The notes beneath the pieces are model-generated. The model ran no database searches. It saw only the letters and a program-made list of their open reading frames with translations, and was not told where the DNA came from. A DNA stretch of 64,000 bases, from assembly GCF_964204645.1 (NCBI RefSeq), contig NC_134025.1, positions 5,828,001-5,892,000 of the forward strand. The letters run 5' to 3'. This document shows, piece after piece, positions 41,401 to 57,047 of the stretch. Each line of letters starts with the position of its first letter. Positions within the stretch are counted from its first letter, which is position 1. Origin of the DNA: Tubulanus polymorphus. Taxonomy: Eukaryota; Animalia; Nemertea. The translations under genes were made by a program, and so were the position numbers.

Positions 41401-42878
41401 TTTTTCAGGATTGTAGAAGTCCAATGATATACTGCTACTGTATACAAATGGTTAAATGACTTTTTACCACGTTTTTTTCAATATGCCGTTCATGTCTTTC
41501 TTTTGGCTGCATTTCTGTGTGTGTTACTTTCACTTGCATTTTTCGATCATGTAATAAGGCAACAGCATGCGGTAGAGCAGAAGAAACAAAACCTAAACAT
41601 TCCTGTAGTAATAGATACAAAACAGATCATATATCCTAGTTCTACACAACCAGTTCTACAGTTGTATGTAGATGAAGACTTCACTCTGGATCAAGTTCCT
41701 CATCAACTTTAACAATTGCAATAGGTAATCTAAAAGAACACAATGTATAACCCACAATTGTGAAACTGGTTCCTAGAGTCTGATAAACATTATAAGCCTA
41801 CCACTGCTCCCTTTCTGCTCCCAGGAAGATTCACAATAAGACTTTTTCCACGACTTCCACAAACTGGTCTGAAATATATAAAATATCAGAGTATCACAGG
41901 GTTGTAGGTTCTGAGGTACAAATAAAGCATAGATGCAAAAAATATTATTGTCACTTGCCTCGACAACATCGCCATAGGAGTAACCTCCAGTGAACGTTCT
42001 AGCATAGCGAAACTCATTCCAGGTATTTCTTTATCAATAACAGCTTTAGTGGCTTCTGGAGTGATATCTCTCGGAGAAACTCCAGTTCCTCCAGTAGTGA
42101 AAACGATATCAAGCATTTTGTCATCACTCCATAGCTTCAGTTTTTCCTTAAATCAATATATAGTATAAAACATTTAGAAAACTGATTTTAAACTGCCAGT
42201 ATTGGTCTTAAAAACTTGTTATTGATATACCTGAATTTTATCTTTGTCATCAGGAACAATGTCTTGCAGAACAACTTGAGCTCCAGGTAAACTGAAATGA
42301 GCATCAGTAAGCTTAAAGAAAATATCAGTTGCGCTACATTATAATTGATGGACCAGTTTCAAAATAATGTGAACACAGAATCGATTCAACTTCTTTCCAG
42401 TTAATCTATGTTGTGTTAAGGCAAGACTTTTCTGAGAAACTGGAATGAGGCTGTGATTATTACATCTTCCCAGCATCTAAAGCACTTTTGAGAGCAGGAC
42501 CACTTTTGTCTTCAGCGGTTCCATTAGAGCAGCTATCACTAACTACAAAATATGAAAGGAATGACATTTTCGAAAACTGGTATATAACTGGTATCAAAAT
42601 GGCAGTATCATATTCAGATTCAGTTTCAGATTGTAAATGCAAATGATTCAAACATAGGTGGATAGATGGCGCATTGGTAGACTCCACGGATTCTCAGCTG
42701 ACAAAATCTAGTTTTTCTGTGATGTGAACAAGTATATACCCACGATGAATTTAGAAAAAGTCAGAAATTACTGCAATAATCACATATTAAAGGTTGACAT
42801 GTCTCTAATGAATGTTTAACCTGTTATAATGCCAATTTTAATCAGATTTTCAGCCGGGTTTTGACCTTGCTCCGCCAT
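38418..42878 (-). CDS. GPHN: Gephyrin (MogA-like G domain + linker + MoeA-like E domain; molybdenum cofactor synthesis)
   Basis: Motifs: [24 protein letters not shown]; [17 protein letters not shown]; LSRPVCG..NLPGS; [21 protein letters not shown]; VMSTGNE; IYDSNR; FMKPGKP; [10 protein letters not shown]; [22 protein letters not shown]. Stop at 38418-38420. Confidence 0.95.
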
Positions 42879-43193
42879 GACAGCCTACGTTCGATTGTGT
42901 TGTTAAGTAGATTTCTGCATAATGACCCGGTGCTTAATCTTTCAAAATTCAACCACCTAAGTACCCTAGAAAAATTCGCTTTACTTATGAAGACATATCT
43001 ATTATAACTTTAAGTTACTGACTTGAATGATTTATAAGATATGGGAACCTGCATGGAATCCTGTCCTCATCGAAGACCGTACTATAGCGCCATCGAACGG
43101 TTGCGTATTGCATAATTCAAGATGTCAGCGCCCAGTGGTAGTTTAATTTTTGTGTAGATACTCCTGTTTAACTGTTAAACTAACTCTATAGAA
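42879..43193. promoter_or_regulatory. Short bidirectional promoter region, gephyrin/NDUFAF5
   Basis: The two start codons are head-to-head and ~315 bp apart. Confidence 0.6.
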
Positions 43194-45150
43194 ATGAATA
43201 TCACCAATTTGCAATTGTATAGAGGAATAAGTCGAAAGCTGATAAATATTTTTAAGCCTCGACGTTCTGCATGCTTGCATCCAAATATACAATACAATCA
43301 GAGAAATGGATACTTGATGACATTATGCCAACACAGCTCTGCTGCGGCACCTAATGGTTCATCACCGATGGCGATGGTATTTGATCGAAAAGCTAAACGG
43401 AATCAAAGAAATCGAACTGCATTCTTGAAGAATTATGAGGACTATGATTACATAAAAGAGGAGGTAGGCTTAGGCTTTCATGGGTATTTGTTGATTCCAG
43501 TCTCCTATTCATGATATTGATGGTTCAAATTAAGAGGTCCTTCTTTTTAGTTTGGCTTCAGGTTGTACGATCGTATTTGTGATATTAAAAGACAGTTCAA
43601 TTTGATGGTTGAGTTAGGATGTGGACGAGGTCACATCGCGAAACATATCACTGCTGACATAGTTACCGATAGAATTATACAGTGTGATTGGGCTGAACAA
43701 GTACTTGTGAGTATACTGTAGACATGTAGTAGGTTTTATGCTGAATCAATGAAACAGCCTATCACACTGTTAATGCTATTGAATCATTTACAGAATCAAG
43801 CTGCAATTTCGAAAGAAGTCAAAACAGAGAAACGAATAGTGGATGAAGAATCTATACCATTTGAACCAAATTCAATTGATATTGTAGTTAGTAATCTAAG
43901 GTATGTCGTAACAATCAGAATAAGATCCCAAATATTTTATGTTTTTTATATTTCTTAATACGCTCATGTATGCGTTTTTTGCAGTTTGCATTGGGTGAAT
44001 GATCTCCCAGGATCTTTGAAACAAGTAAATTGAAATCATTGTTGGCTTAAATTGTCAATCTAAATATCTACAATGTTTCTGGCTAATGATGAATCTTGCA
44101 TATGTAATTTGTCTGAGTAACCCGGTAGTCAAAATTTACTGTATATCGTTTTCTTTGTGTTTTTAGATAAATAATTGTTTGAAGGAAGATGGGGTGTTAA
44201 TAGGCAGTATGTTTGGACATGAAACACTTTTTGAATTAAGAGTTGCTTTGCAGCAGGCAGAATTAGAACTAGAAGGGGTATGTTCAATAACGCGGCCACA
44301 TATTACAGGTAAAACTTAAGTAAAACATTCACACTGTATCATATCTCCCATATGCAGGGATTTGGTATTCATGTTTCGCCATTTGCTGAATGTACAGACA
44401 TTGGTCGACTTCTCAATCAAGCAGGTTTTACATTGATAACTTTGGTCAGAGAAGTATTGGTTCTGAGAAGATATTTGAGATCACCTTTAAACTCTTCCTG
44501 AAATTACTTGTTTCAATATAATTGACTACATGTATTGCAGGATTTGGATGCACTTGTGGTATCATACCCTTCAATGATTGAATTGTTGCAAGATTTAAAA
44601 GGTATGAAAATATGATATCATGAAACCATTCAAAAGCTTGAATATGTCGAAAAAAATAATATTTCTGTTCATTTCGTAGGTATGGGTGAAAACAATTGTA
44701 CACTGAACAGGAAAACTCATCTGCATAGGAAAACAGTTAAAAGAGCTGCTGAAATTTATCAAGGTAAATCGTGAATACCTTACAAGCCATAGCCATTTAT
44801 CCATTACCCGGTATATCTTACACACTTAGCCATTTTCCATTAAAATGTTTCAGAAAAATTTGGAAACGAAGGAAAAGAAAGTATACCAGCAACATTTGAA
44901 GTAATTCATTTTATTGGATGGAAGCCTCATCCATCTCAGGTATGTGTCAGTTACGTGTATAATTATTAATTTTTTAAATAGACGAACTTATGTCTTACGC
45001 ATGTTTTTTCTTCAGGCTAAACCAGCGAAACGTGGCTCCGGGCAAATGTCAATCAAAGATCTGGGAGAATTTGAAAAGATAGCGAAAGAACGTAAAATTC
45101 ACGTAATTTCAGATACAGATGTTGATGCTACAAAAAAGGACGACTCTTAA
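43194..45150 (+). CDS. NDUFAF5: Arginine-hydroxylase NDUFAF5, mitochondrial complex I assembly factor (SAM-methyltransferase fold)
   Basis: Basic transit-peptide-like N-terminus. Motifs: [13 protein letters not shown]; YDYIKEE; ELGCGRGHI; [24 protein letters not shown]; [15 protein letters not shown]; DLKGMGENN; [28 protein letters not shown]. Confidence 0.93.
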
Positions 45151-45365
45151 TAATCGTGATTTCTAGTATATTGTAGGGCTTTTTGTATGTAATGTATTTA
45201 TTAGAATAAATCATATATTTAGTAATGTGTATTATAAAGTTTTTGAGATTTCTTATATCTTGTGAGTAATTTCCATCTACATGTATAATAAAAGACGACT
45301 CAGAATTTTGGTTCCAGAAATGTGTATGTTCTTGATGGATGATTCTTATAGAGGGCTATACATTT

Positions 45366-45502
45366 TGGGGCCAGTTCAATAATTATGGCTTAGACATAAG
45401 ACCAGGCTAAGACCATGTTTTAGTTCTTAAGCCAATCTAATAACTTAAAATCTTAAGAATTAAGACTTGAGGACTCAAGTCCTGACTATGGAACCGACCC
45501 CA
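45366..45502. mobile_element. Short MITE-like element
   Basis: Imperfect 16-bp TIRs (tggggccagttcaata / tatggaaccgacccca) and an internal palindrome gacttgag-ga-ctcaagtc. No clear TSD. Confidence 0.5.
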
Positions 45503-45974
45503 GATGATGACACTGCAGATATTAAACCAACAAATCTACGTCCAACAATTAAGATATCAATGCAAAACCTTTTATTTCCATGCTGCTAGGTAAAAATAAC
45601 ATTATCATCCCTACATATATACATTTAATGTATTCGAACTACAATCAAATAAACAGTAGGACACATATAAGAAAGACATGGAATGGAATGTTTATATTTT
45701 AGCTAACCTTGTTTAACTTTAATTCTTTAGTACACTTTTTGATAATAAAGTGAACAGTACACTAGATCAACTGTATCCACTTGAGACTTGAAATATCTTA
45801 AATACAATATACGGATAATCTAATACATATAAATAACACTCCAATAAAATCATATGAATCAAGAATCAATAAATTAAAATGAATATCTGTACTTTTTAGG
45901 CATAAGTATGTATTTAAATAATTGGCAGTCCATATATGTCAAAAGAAAATGCAGTCAGCAGTTAAGAAAGGCCG

Positions 45975-46254
45975 AGGGAGTGTTCAAATAGTATTTATGG
46001 CGAATTTGCCAACTTATTGCTTTATCCCCTTATTGTTTGTACTTTTCCATTAAACCCCTCAATAGAGAATATGTAATTCAGTATATAGCTAATTTGGATA
46101 TCACTCAAGTCAGCCAAATTTGGGACCCGAGAAGTCTGATTTGAGCAACGTCTACTGTATTATTCCAAACTATTTCCGAACTACCATACAGATTTCATAC
46201 AAAACTCTTTTAACCCCCACCCCCAACATTGTACTAGCTATTTGACCATTCCCT
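45975..46254. mobile_element. MITE, PIF/Harbinger-like termini
   Basis: 17-bp TIRs (agggagtgttcaaatag / ctatttgaccattccct) with 2 mismatches; the right end runs into TAA. Confidence 0.55.
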
Positions 46255-46682
46255 AAGACTACCTGGCAAAGGGCCTCGATTTTCAAAAATTCATTTAAAC
46301 CAATGAAATAAAATTTTCATTACATCAATCCAAAGCTAAAATAAGCTATGTACACAATTGCAGATGTGCAATCCTCAAGATGAATGGAATGTTTTGCTGT
46401 ACAATTGAAACGAGAATGCATAGATATTGAAAACAAAAAACCTTATAGTTCCAACGAATATCCTTACCTAAATTCCAATATAGATAATTAAAAATCTACA
46501 TGATATCACAAATATATCATTTGCAAGATTTCTCATAACTGCCCATGCATATAATTAATTAACAGTATAATGAGCTTTTTGCTTGATCTAACATAATTAA
46601 TTTCTGTCAACAGTATGAGCTTAATCACTAGTGACAATCCATAAGTCTTATACAAGCTTATTGACGTTTCATTGGCATTTAT

Positions 46683-46970
46683 CAGGTCCATAGCATGAGG
46701 AATATGCGCGTAGGTTCGTTTTTAATTTGTGACTGGGGCCCTCCCGCCAAACAAATTTTGAAAATGTTATGCATGCTCGCACAAATATGGCCTCCGAGTG
46801 ATTCCTGCAGATATAACGAACTGAACAAATCTAATAACACCTATCATGCTTAAATAGATGTAAGTGTAATTAATACGTTTCAGCTCAAGAAATGAGTGAA
46901 ACTCATGAGTGGAAATTATTTTGCGAAGGGGTTTAAATTTTCAGAACCCCCGCCCCACACTATGGGCCTG
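46683..46970. mobile_element. MITE, hAT-like CAGG termini
   Basis: 11-bp TIRs (caggtccatag / ctatgggcctg) with 1 mismatch. No 8-bp TSD retained. Confidence 0.45.
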
Positions 46971-47023
46971 CTTTCACCGTAATTACAATTTACTAATTAC
47001 TCAAGTGGATATTAATTAGCTTC

Positions 47024-50000
47024 TCACAGTTCGTCATCCTCGTCGGAATCCACTCCGAGCATTGGTATCGCCGAATGATCCCCGCGTGATGAGCCATTCA
47101 GTTTGATGATCTGCGGTCGTTTGAACTTGTGATAACGAGTTTGTCGAATAGCACCGATTGTATATATTCCCGTTACCAAAGCGGCGAAAATAACAACGCT
47201 TATAACTACAAATAGATAGAACCATAAATCATAGAAAAATACCGCTGTAAAAAATACCGGTACGATACTCCATCGAAGAGATGAGAAAACTTCTAAAATA
47301 TAGTGTAACCTCATTATAACAAATTTGAATAAACTGTATAGAGGTAACGTATGGACGTCACACGTATTGTTCACTTGCTTCATACGCTAACAACAGTGAA
47401 CAGTTAATTACCTTATTAAGCATTACCTCTTATAATAATTGATCAGGGGCTGGTTTCACTAAGTGGTTTTAACTCAAATTGTAATTAGAACCTAATAGAT
47501 ATTTTCAACTAACTATTCTCTATGTTGAACACATTTTCCGGTCACCGTTTTTGTTATAATGAGGTTGCACCCTAACTGTTCCAAGCACTGAAAATCCAAA
47601 AATCTCAAAGTCATCTATGCAAATGCAGACAAAAGATAAGTAAATCTATTGATTCTTTGATGATAGATTTTGAAAAACATTCAGAAGTGAAATTTTCCTT
47701 ATAGGACCAACACCGATTTGAATTATCTAATCTTTTCTGCGATCTAACACAACATTTAATTACAATGTACATACAGTAGAAACTTAATCAGTACTGTCTG
47801 CAAAATTGAAGTTGGATACAAAATTATCAGTACACAAAAAAATGTATGAAGGGTCCAAGGACACTATGCCCACTTGGTGATATACTCGACAATCTGGTGT
47901 TGCCTCAAATCCATCCAATTTTTGTTAAAATGAACATGATGGGCGATACAAATATATGAAAGATCAAGAAGTGATTTTGGCAAAAAACAATGGCCACCAG
48001 ATCTTGAGACAGAACCGACCATTTTTGGGCTGGAGATGATTCCAGGGTAGATGAACCAAATATCAAGACAATCCATTGTAGCATCTTCAAAACTTCCCCA
48101 TTAACTAGATTCTGTCTACAAACGGACAGACGGATGGACAAGAAGTGGATGCAATAGCCAGTTTGGGCTGAGCTCCAGGCAGGCTAAAATGACACAAGGC
48201 GTCCAACATTAAATCTAAATTATTCTTGATATACAGAACAGGCCTTACTATTTGCGTGATATGTGAAGTAGATTACACTTACATGTTACGAATGTAAATG
48301 TTCCATTTAAGTCTTCGTCGAGCAGGTCACTAATTCTCTCAAATTTACCATCATTATGAGGCATGTCGACCTTCAGTATATGACACATCAACGCAAAAAT
48401 ATCAAGCATATTGATTGGGCCACGCTTGTAGTTCCGTTTAAATGCTGGCCCTTTAGCGATGAAAAATGGATGCATGCTGGATAGGCTGTTGTTGTATCCA
48501 TGAGTCCCATTTTGATCTGAAATTTTCAAAAACCATTAAGAAACATTTTCAAAATAAACTGCATTTCGTTTTGGTAAACACATTTTACCTTAAAGCCTTT
48601 AAAACATTAAAAGACTGGAATTAATATGGGAGTTATGAATAAATATCTTTTATTTCATTATCTTGAAAAGTAGATCAGTATCATGTATGTTTAATGAGGC
48701 CAATTAATTAGCTTCAATGTACTCAACATATTCATAGAAGATATTCTATTAAAATCAATAAATGCACCAGCTTGCAGTATGCTTGAAGGTCTTGAACAGA
48801 CATTTATGTGCACAAATTCCAAAGCCCTGGTATTGATGAAAAATATTAGAAACATGTTATTTTACAAAATAAACACTTACGACTTAGATTTGAGGCATTA
48901 TTGACTATTTGCCAGCCTTCATCTGCTAATATCAGAATCGGCATGATTCTTCTATTATTTCTATAATGATAGGAAGCTGGTATATCTTTTCTACGATATA
49001 CTTTGATATGTTCAATATTTTTCAGTTTGTCAAATATTTCAGCTTCTTTCCCTGAAAATACATGCATTTTATAGATTCAGGTGTTAATTTTTTGGCGGTG
49101 AAGACGAGATGTGATGAAGCAATAACATTAGCATCAAGAAATACTTCTATATAGTTGATAAAGTTCAATAAGTTAGTTCATATGTTGGTGGTGGAAGAGT
49201 CAATAAATTGTATGATAATTATCTATATTTGAAATGAATTTTATTCACCTGGTTTAGGAATGATATTCCACATAACGCCATAACTGTAGTGCGTATACAA
49301 GGACGGATGAACATGCTTATCTAATTCAATAATCTTTTTTGCAGATATATCAGCCATTCCATGATCACTCGTGAGTATAATATTCAGGTTCTCGGCTAAC
49401 TCATGTTTGTCCACTTCATCTAATAAATATCCTAGAGTTTTATCCATTTGTTCAATGACGGGCAACATTTTATCCGAACTCGGTCCGTACATATGACCGG
49501 AATGATCCGGTTCTTGAAAATATAACGCTCCAAAATTAATCGGATAATCGTCATCAGTAAACCAGGCAATCATCTTATCGATTCTAGTTTTAAATGGCAT
49601 TTTCCCGTGGTTGTAAGGTCCGGCATTACGAAATGGCGTCACGTTATCCACAGGTGCTAATGATAACGGATAATGAACAACACCACTTCGGTAAGCGTTT
49701 CCATGAGCTTGATTGACATACCAAATAGGTTTACCGTTATACCATTTCGGATCACGCACTGTCGTGTCATTTACTAATTGCCAAACCTCTTTAAACACGG
49801 GATCATAAAAAGTGTTATCTACGATGCCATGATTTTCTTCGTAAAGTCCTGTAGCCAAGCTGTAATGATTCGGGCCAGTGCTTGACGTAAATACATCGAC
49901 AACATATTTCGGATGCACCCCAGATTCTATCATCTTGTCAAAATTCGGAGTTGGTCTACCTGCAAATTTCATTTTGTCTATATAGTCCCACCGGAATCCG

Positions 50001-50155
50001 TCCATTGAAACTAACAGAAGCATCGGATTGGCGCTGTTGTGTTCAAAATGACCAAAAACTAGGCCTATACTACTACAGCTTAGGATAACTAGCAATAAAC
50101 AACTTAAGTTCATGGTTATTAACAGTGACATTCCCTTCTTCAGTATAAACCACAT
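47024..50155 (-). CDS. Ectonucleotide pyrophosphatase/phosphodiesterase, ENPP4/ENPP5-type (type I membrane)
   Basis: Signal peptide. Motifs: LLLVSMDGFRWDY; catalytic Thr in FTSSTGPNHYSLATGLY; EPDHSGHMYGP; LTSDHGM; GTHGYNN..MHPFFIAKGPAF. The last exon (47244-47024) encodes the TM segment LWFYLFVVISVVIFAALVTGIYTI and an acidic tail. Four coding exons. Confidence 0.92.
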
Positions 50156-50273
50156 CTTGCGATAACTTCGCGCTGTGTATTCAATAAATTAGCAACCAAA
50201 AAAGATATTTTCAGGCCCGGTTTATTTTATTTCCGGGTTTACAGCGCCCTCTTGTGCTCCTCACTTGCCACAG

Positions 50274-50523
50274 AAAATCATCTTCACCCGTCAAGGGATT
50301 CGAACCCACTACGCTAAAGCTGTGCTGGTGGAAGCGAGTTCGGGAGTGATACCGGACCCCTGGCAAGCGAGGATGCAGAAAATCAACGCTACATCCGGAT
50401 GTACACACACTTGCCACAGGCACAGTGAGTTTCTCCATAGAACTATAACGGTTATAGTTCTATGGTTTCTCTAGTGCGTGTTGGACTCGACCCGGCGCGT
50501 GACGACCACTTGACCATAACCGG
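50274..50523 (-). ncRNA. tRNA-like / Pol III type-2 element with widely split A and B boxes (tRNA-derived element, SINE head or vault-like RNA)
   Basis: On the minus strand: A-box TGGTCAAGTGG (50516-50506) and B-box GGTTCGAATCC (50306-50296). The ends CCGGTTA and TGACGGG pair at 6 of 7 positions like an acceptor stem. TTTT follows at 50277-50274. Confidence 0.45.
50429..50471. mobile_element. 29-bp perfect palindrome flanked by a 7-bp direct repeat (micro-MITE-like insertion)
   Basis: gtttctc-CATAGAACTATAAC-G-GTTATAGTTCTATG-gtttctc, read directly. Confidence 0.75.
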
Positions 50524-51458
50524 AAATTTTGGAAAATGTACTGCTCGCTTTTGGTGCAATGCCACGTCCTGATGCTAAATTATAGTTTCCACAGGCAATA
50601 AAGATTCTGAAGAATGGTGTGCCTTTTTGTTGAAAATGTTCTGCCTCCCTAGTTTCTTTATTTTGGGATTGAGATAAGACTTAAGAGTGCCTGGCTTTCT
50701 TGTTTTTTTAATTGGTCCTATGGACGACTGAATGAAAAACGGTAGCACGTGCCTACGTCGAGCGCTACCATCTGGATCCACGCCTGCTGCGAATAGGTTA
50801 TAATCCACATTCAGCAAAATCGTATCCATTGGTAAACTATAAAAGAGAGTAGCGCCAGTGCCATCATTAAAACAATGGGTTTAGTTTCCCGAAATAAGCC
50901 CTGAGAAGTTCGTCGTCAGAACTGTGAGTGAAAACCTATTAACAATGATAAACACACATTTCGTAAAATTTCTAAATCATTCTGAACAATTTACGTATAT
51001 TCAATCTATTTATACATTATTAAATCAGAAATTTGCCCAGCAAAATATCAAAGTAATCCCACGTTTTGCAAACGATATTAAAACGCTTGGGTCCCCTCTC
51101 TTCGTATCTTAGTTACAATACAGGAAAATTAAATGAGAATTGTTTCCTACAATTCGATTTTCTTTCACAAAGGAACATTTTATTATTTATAATTATCAGG
51201 TGGTTCGCCGATAACTGAACAGCTCTAGATTTTAAAGGTGTAACAATTGAATTTATCGAACGAAATCTTGGTCTCTTAATTTCAATCGCAAGCGATCGAA
51301 TTTATTCGGCGAATGAAAACTACTGTTACAGAATGTTGCATTTTAAGAAGCGCATCTTTTTCGCACTCCTCGACTGAAAATATAATTTCTATCTAATCTA
51401 AGAATCATTCTGCAGCCTCCAAGGTTTAGAATCTGCGACAACCCGGCAAAACTATTTC

Positions 51459-53043
51459 TTATTTTTGCGGTAGGTTTTTTCGTTTAATACGTGTATATGG
51501 TCCAATATCTGGATCGGTGATAAAATCGTAGATCACTTTACACCAGGAATCATGACGCGGTAGGTTATCGTAATATTCTGCAGCTATTTTCTTCAGCTGT
51601 AAAAGTAACGAATCAATCAATAATATCGTGCGTGATTTGAGTTATTAAATCTATGTAGTACCGGCAATTATTTTTTATATCTTTCGCACCCGCTTTGGTT
51701 TTCTACTTTTAGCTTGAACCCACATTAGACCGGTAAAACCTGGTTGTTTATGTGACCTTAAAAGAAACCCGTGATTTCCATGTGTACTTCGCTATTGAAA
51801 TTTAACTCGGGTTTATCTATATGCTTACTCGTGGGTTTATAAAGCGTTTATTAGAAACCCCGACAAGTTGTAAAAAGTAGAATTGATATAAATTGTTCAT
51901 GATCGAGAATATTCAATTTGTGGATAAATATCGCTGTACCTCGGGTAATCTTGAACCGGGGATACTTGGAAAATCGTGATGTTCATTGTGATAACCGACG
52001 TTGAAAGTGATGAAATTCAACGGTCCATAGTACGAGTAGGTTTCGTAGCCTTTGACGAACATAAAATGCTCCGATATGAAATGTCCGGCAACAGGGTGTA
52101 AACCAGTGGCAAGGAACGTACCGATTACCAAATAAACTAAAGATTTATACCCGCAGGTATACATAACCAACGAATCGAACAATAATTGAATTAGAGTATT
52201 TACGACTTCAAATGCAGTGATTGCCTTCGGACGGAGAAACAATGGTCGGAGAGTGTAGAAAAACGGTTGCAAAATCATCCACACAATCTTAGTGAAAGTA
52301 TTGCGGAATAGTTCTCCTTCTAAGCGTGACGGTATATCCATATCGTACTGATCGTCGCCTTGATATCGGTGATGTTCTAAATGGTATTTTCTGAACGATA
52401 CAGATACCGGTAAACCAATTGGCAAATTAGCAACGATTCCTAAGATCCGGTTTTTCATCGGATGCGCGTTTCCAAATGCTAAATTGTGAGCAATTTCGTG
52501 AATAGCAAGAGTCATCGAATGGTTTATTACGCCACCAAAACAGTAAGCCAGAATGATGATCGCGCTCCATGGGAAATTTCGAACCAAATATGCAGTAATA
52601 ATCTGGACAGTCAGCATCATAAACACAGTCCATTTCAACATTGGATCAGGTCCCATAAGTTTCTTTATCTTCGGATATTTAGCTGAAAAACAAATTAAAC
52701 ACATTTTTGGTGGTCATCGACGGACCAGCACCCGGCTTCTTCGGCCCGCGCTTAAACGATTGGCGGATCAGTTATCCGTAATTCCATGACGTTTGACCAT
52801 TTTTTGATCTTACTAAAGTTATAGAGTCAGGTATTTTAGTTACGCAGATAAGTTTCTGACAAAATTTGCTATCGGAGAATCCGCGGCGCCTTCTCGGTGT
52901 GACACTGATCGTGTTTTTTTCATAGTCTCATTTTTCTAGATAATTCACAAACAAAACTCACCTAAAATTTCCCTGCGCCTTGATGCATGTGGTTCTTCTG
53001 TGTAAGACCACTCGAAATCAGTGCGGGATACCTGTCCACCCAT
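51459..53043 (-). CDS. DEGS1: Sphingolipid delta(4)-desaturase DES1-like
   Basis: N-terminus [27 protein letters not shown]|AKYP; His boxes HEIAH, HLEHH and HNEHH. The last exon reads [27 protein letters not shown]. Three exons. Confidence 0.95.

Positions 53044-57047
<4,004 letters not shown>

Noticed and set aside
50287-50523. Functional canonical tRNA gene
   Set aside because: The A-to-B spacing of ~200 nt, imperfect T-stem and over-long variable region do not give a standard cloverleaf.
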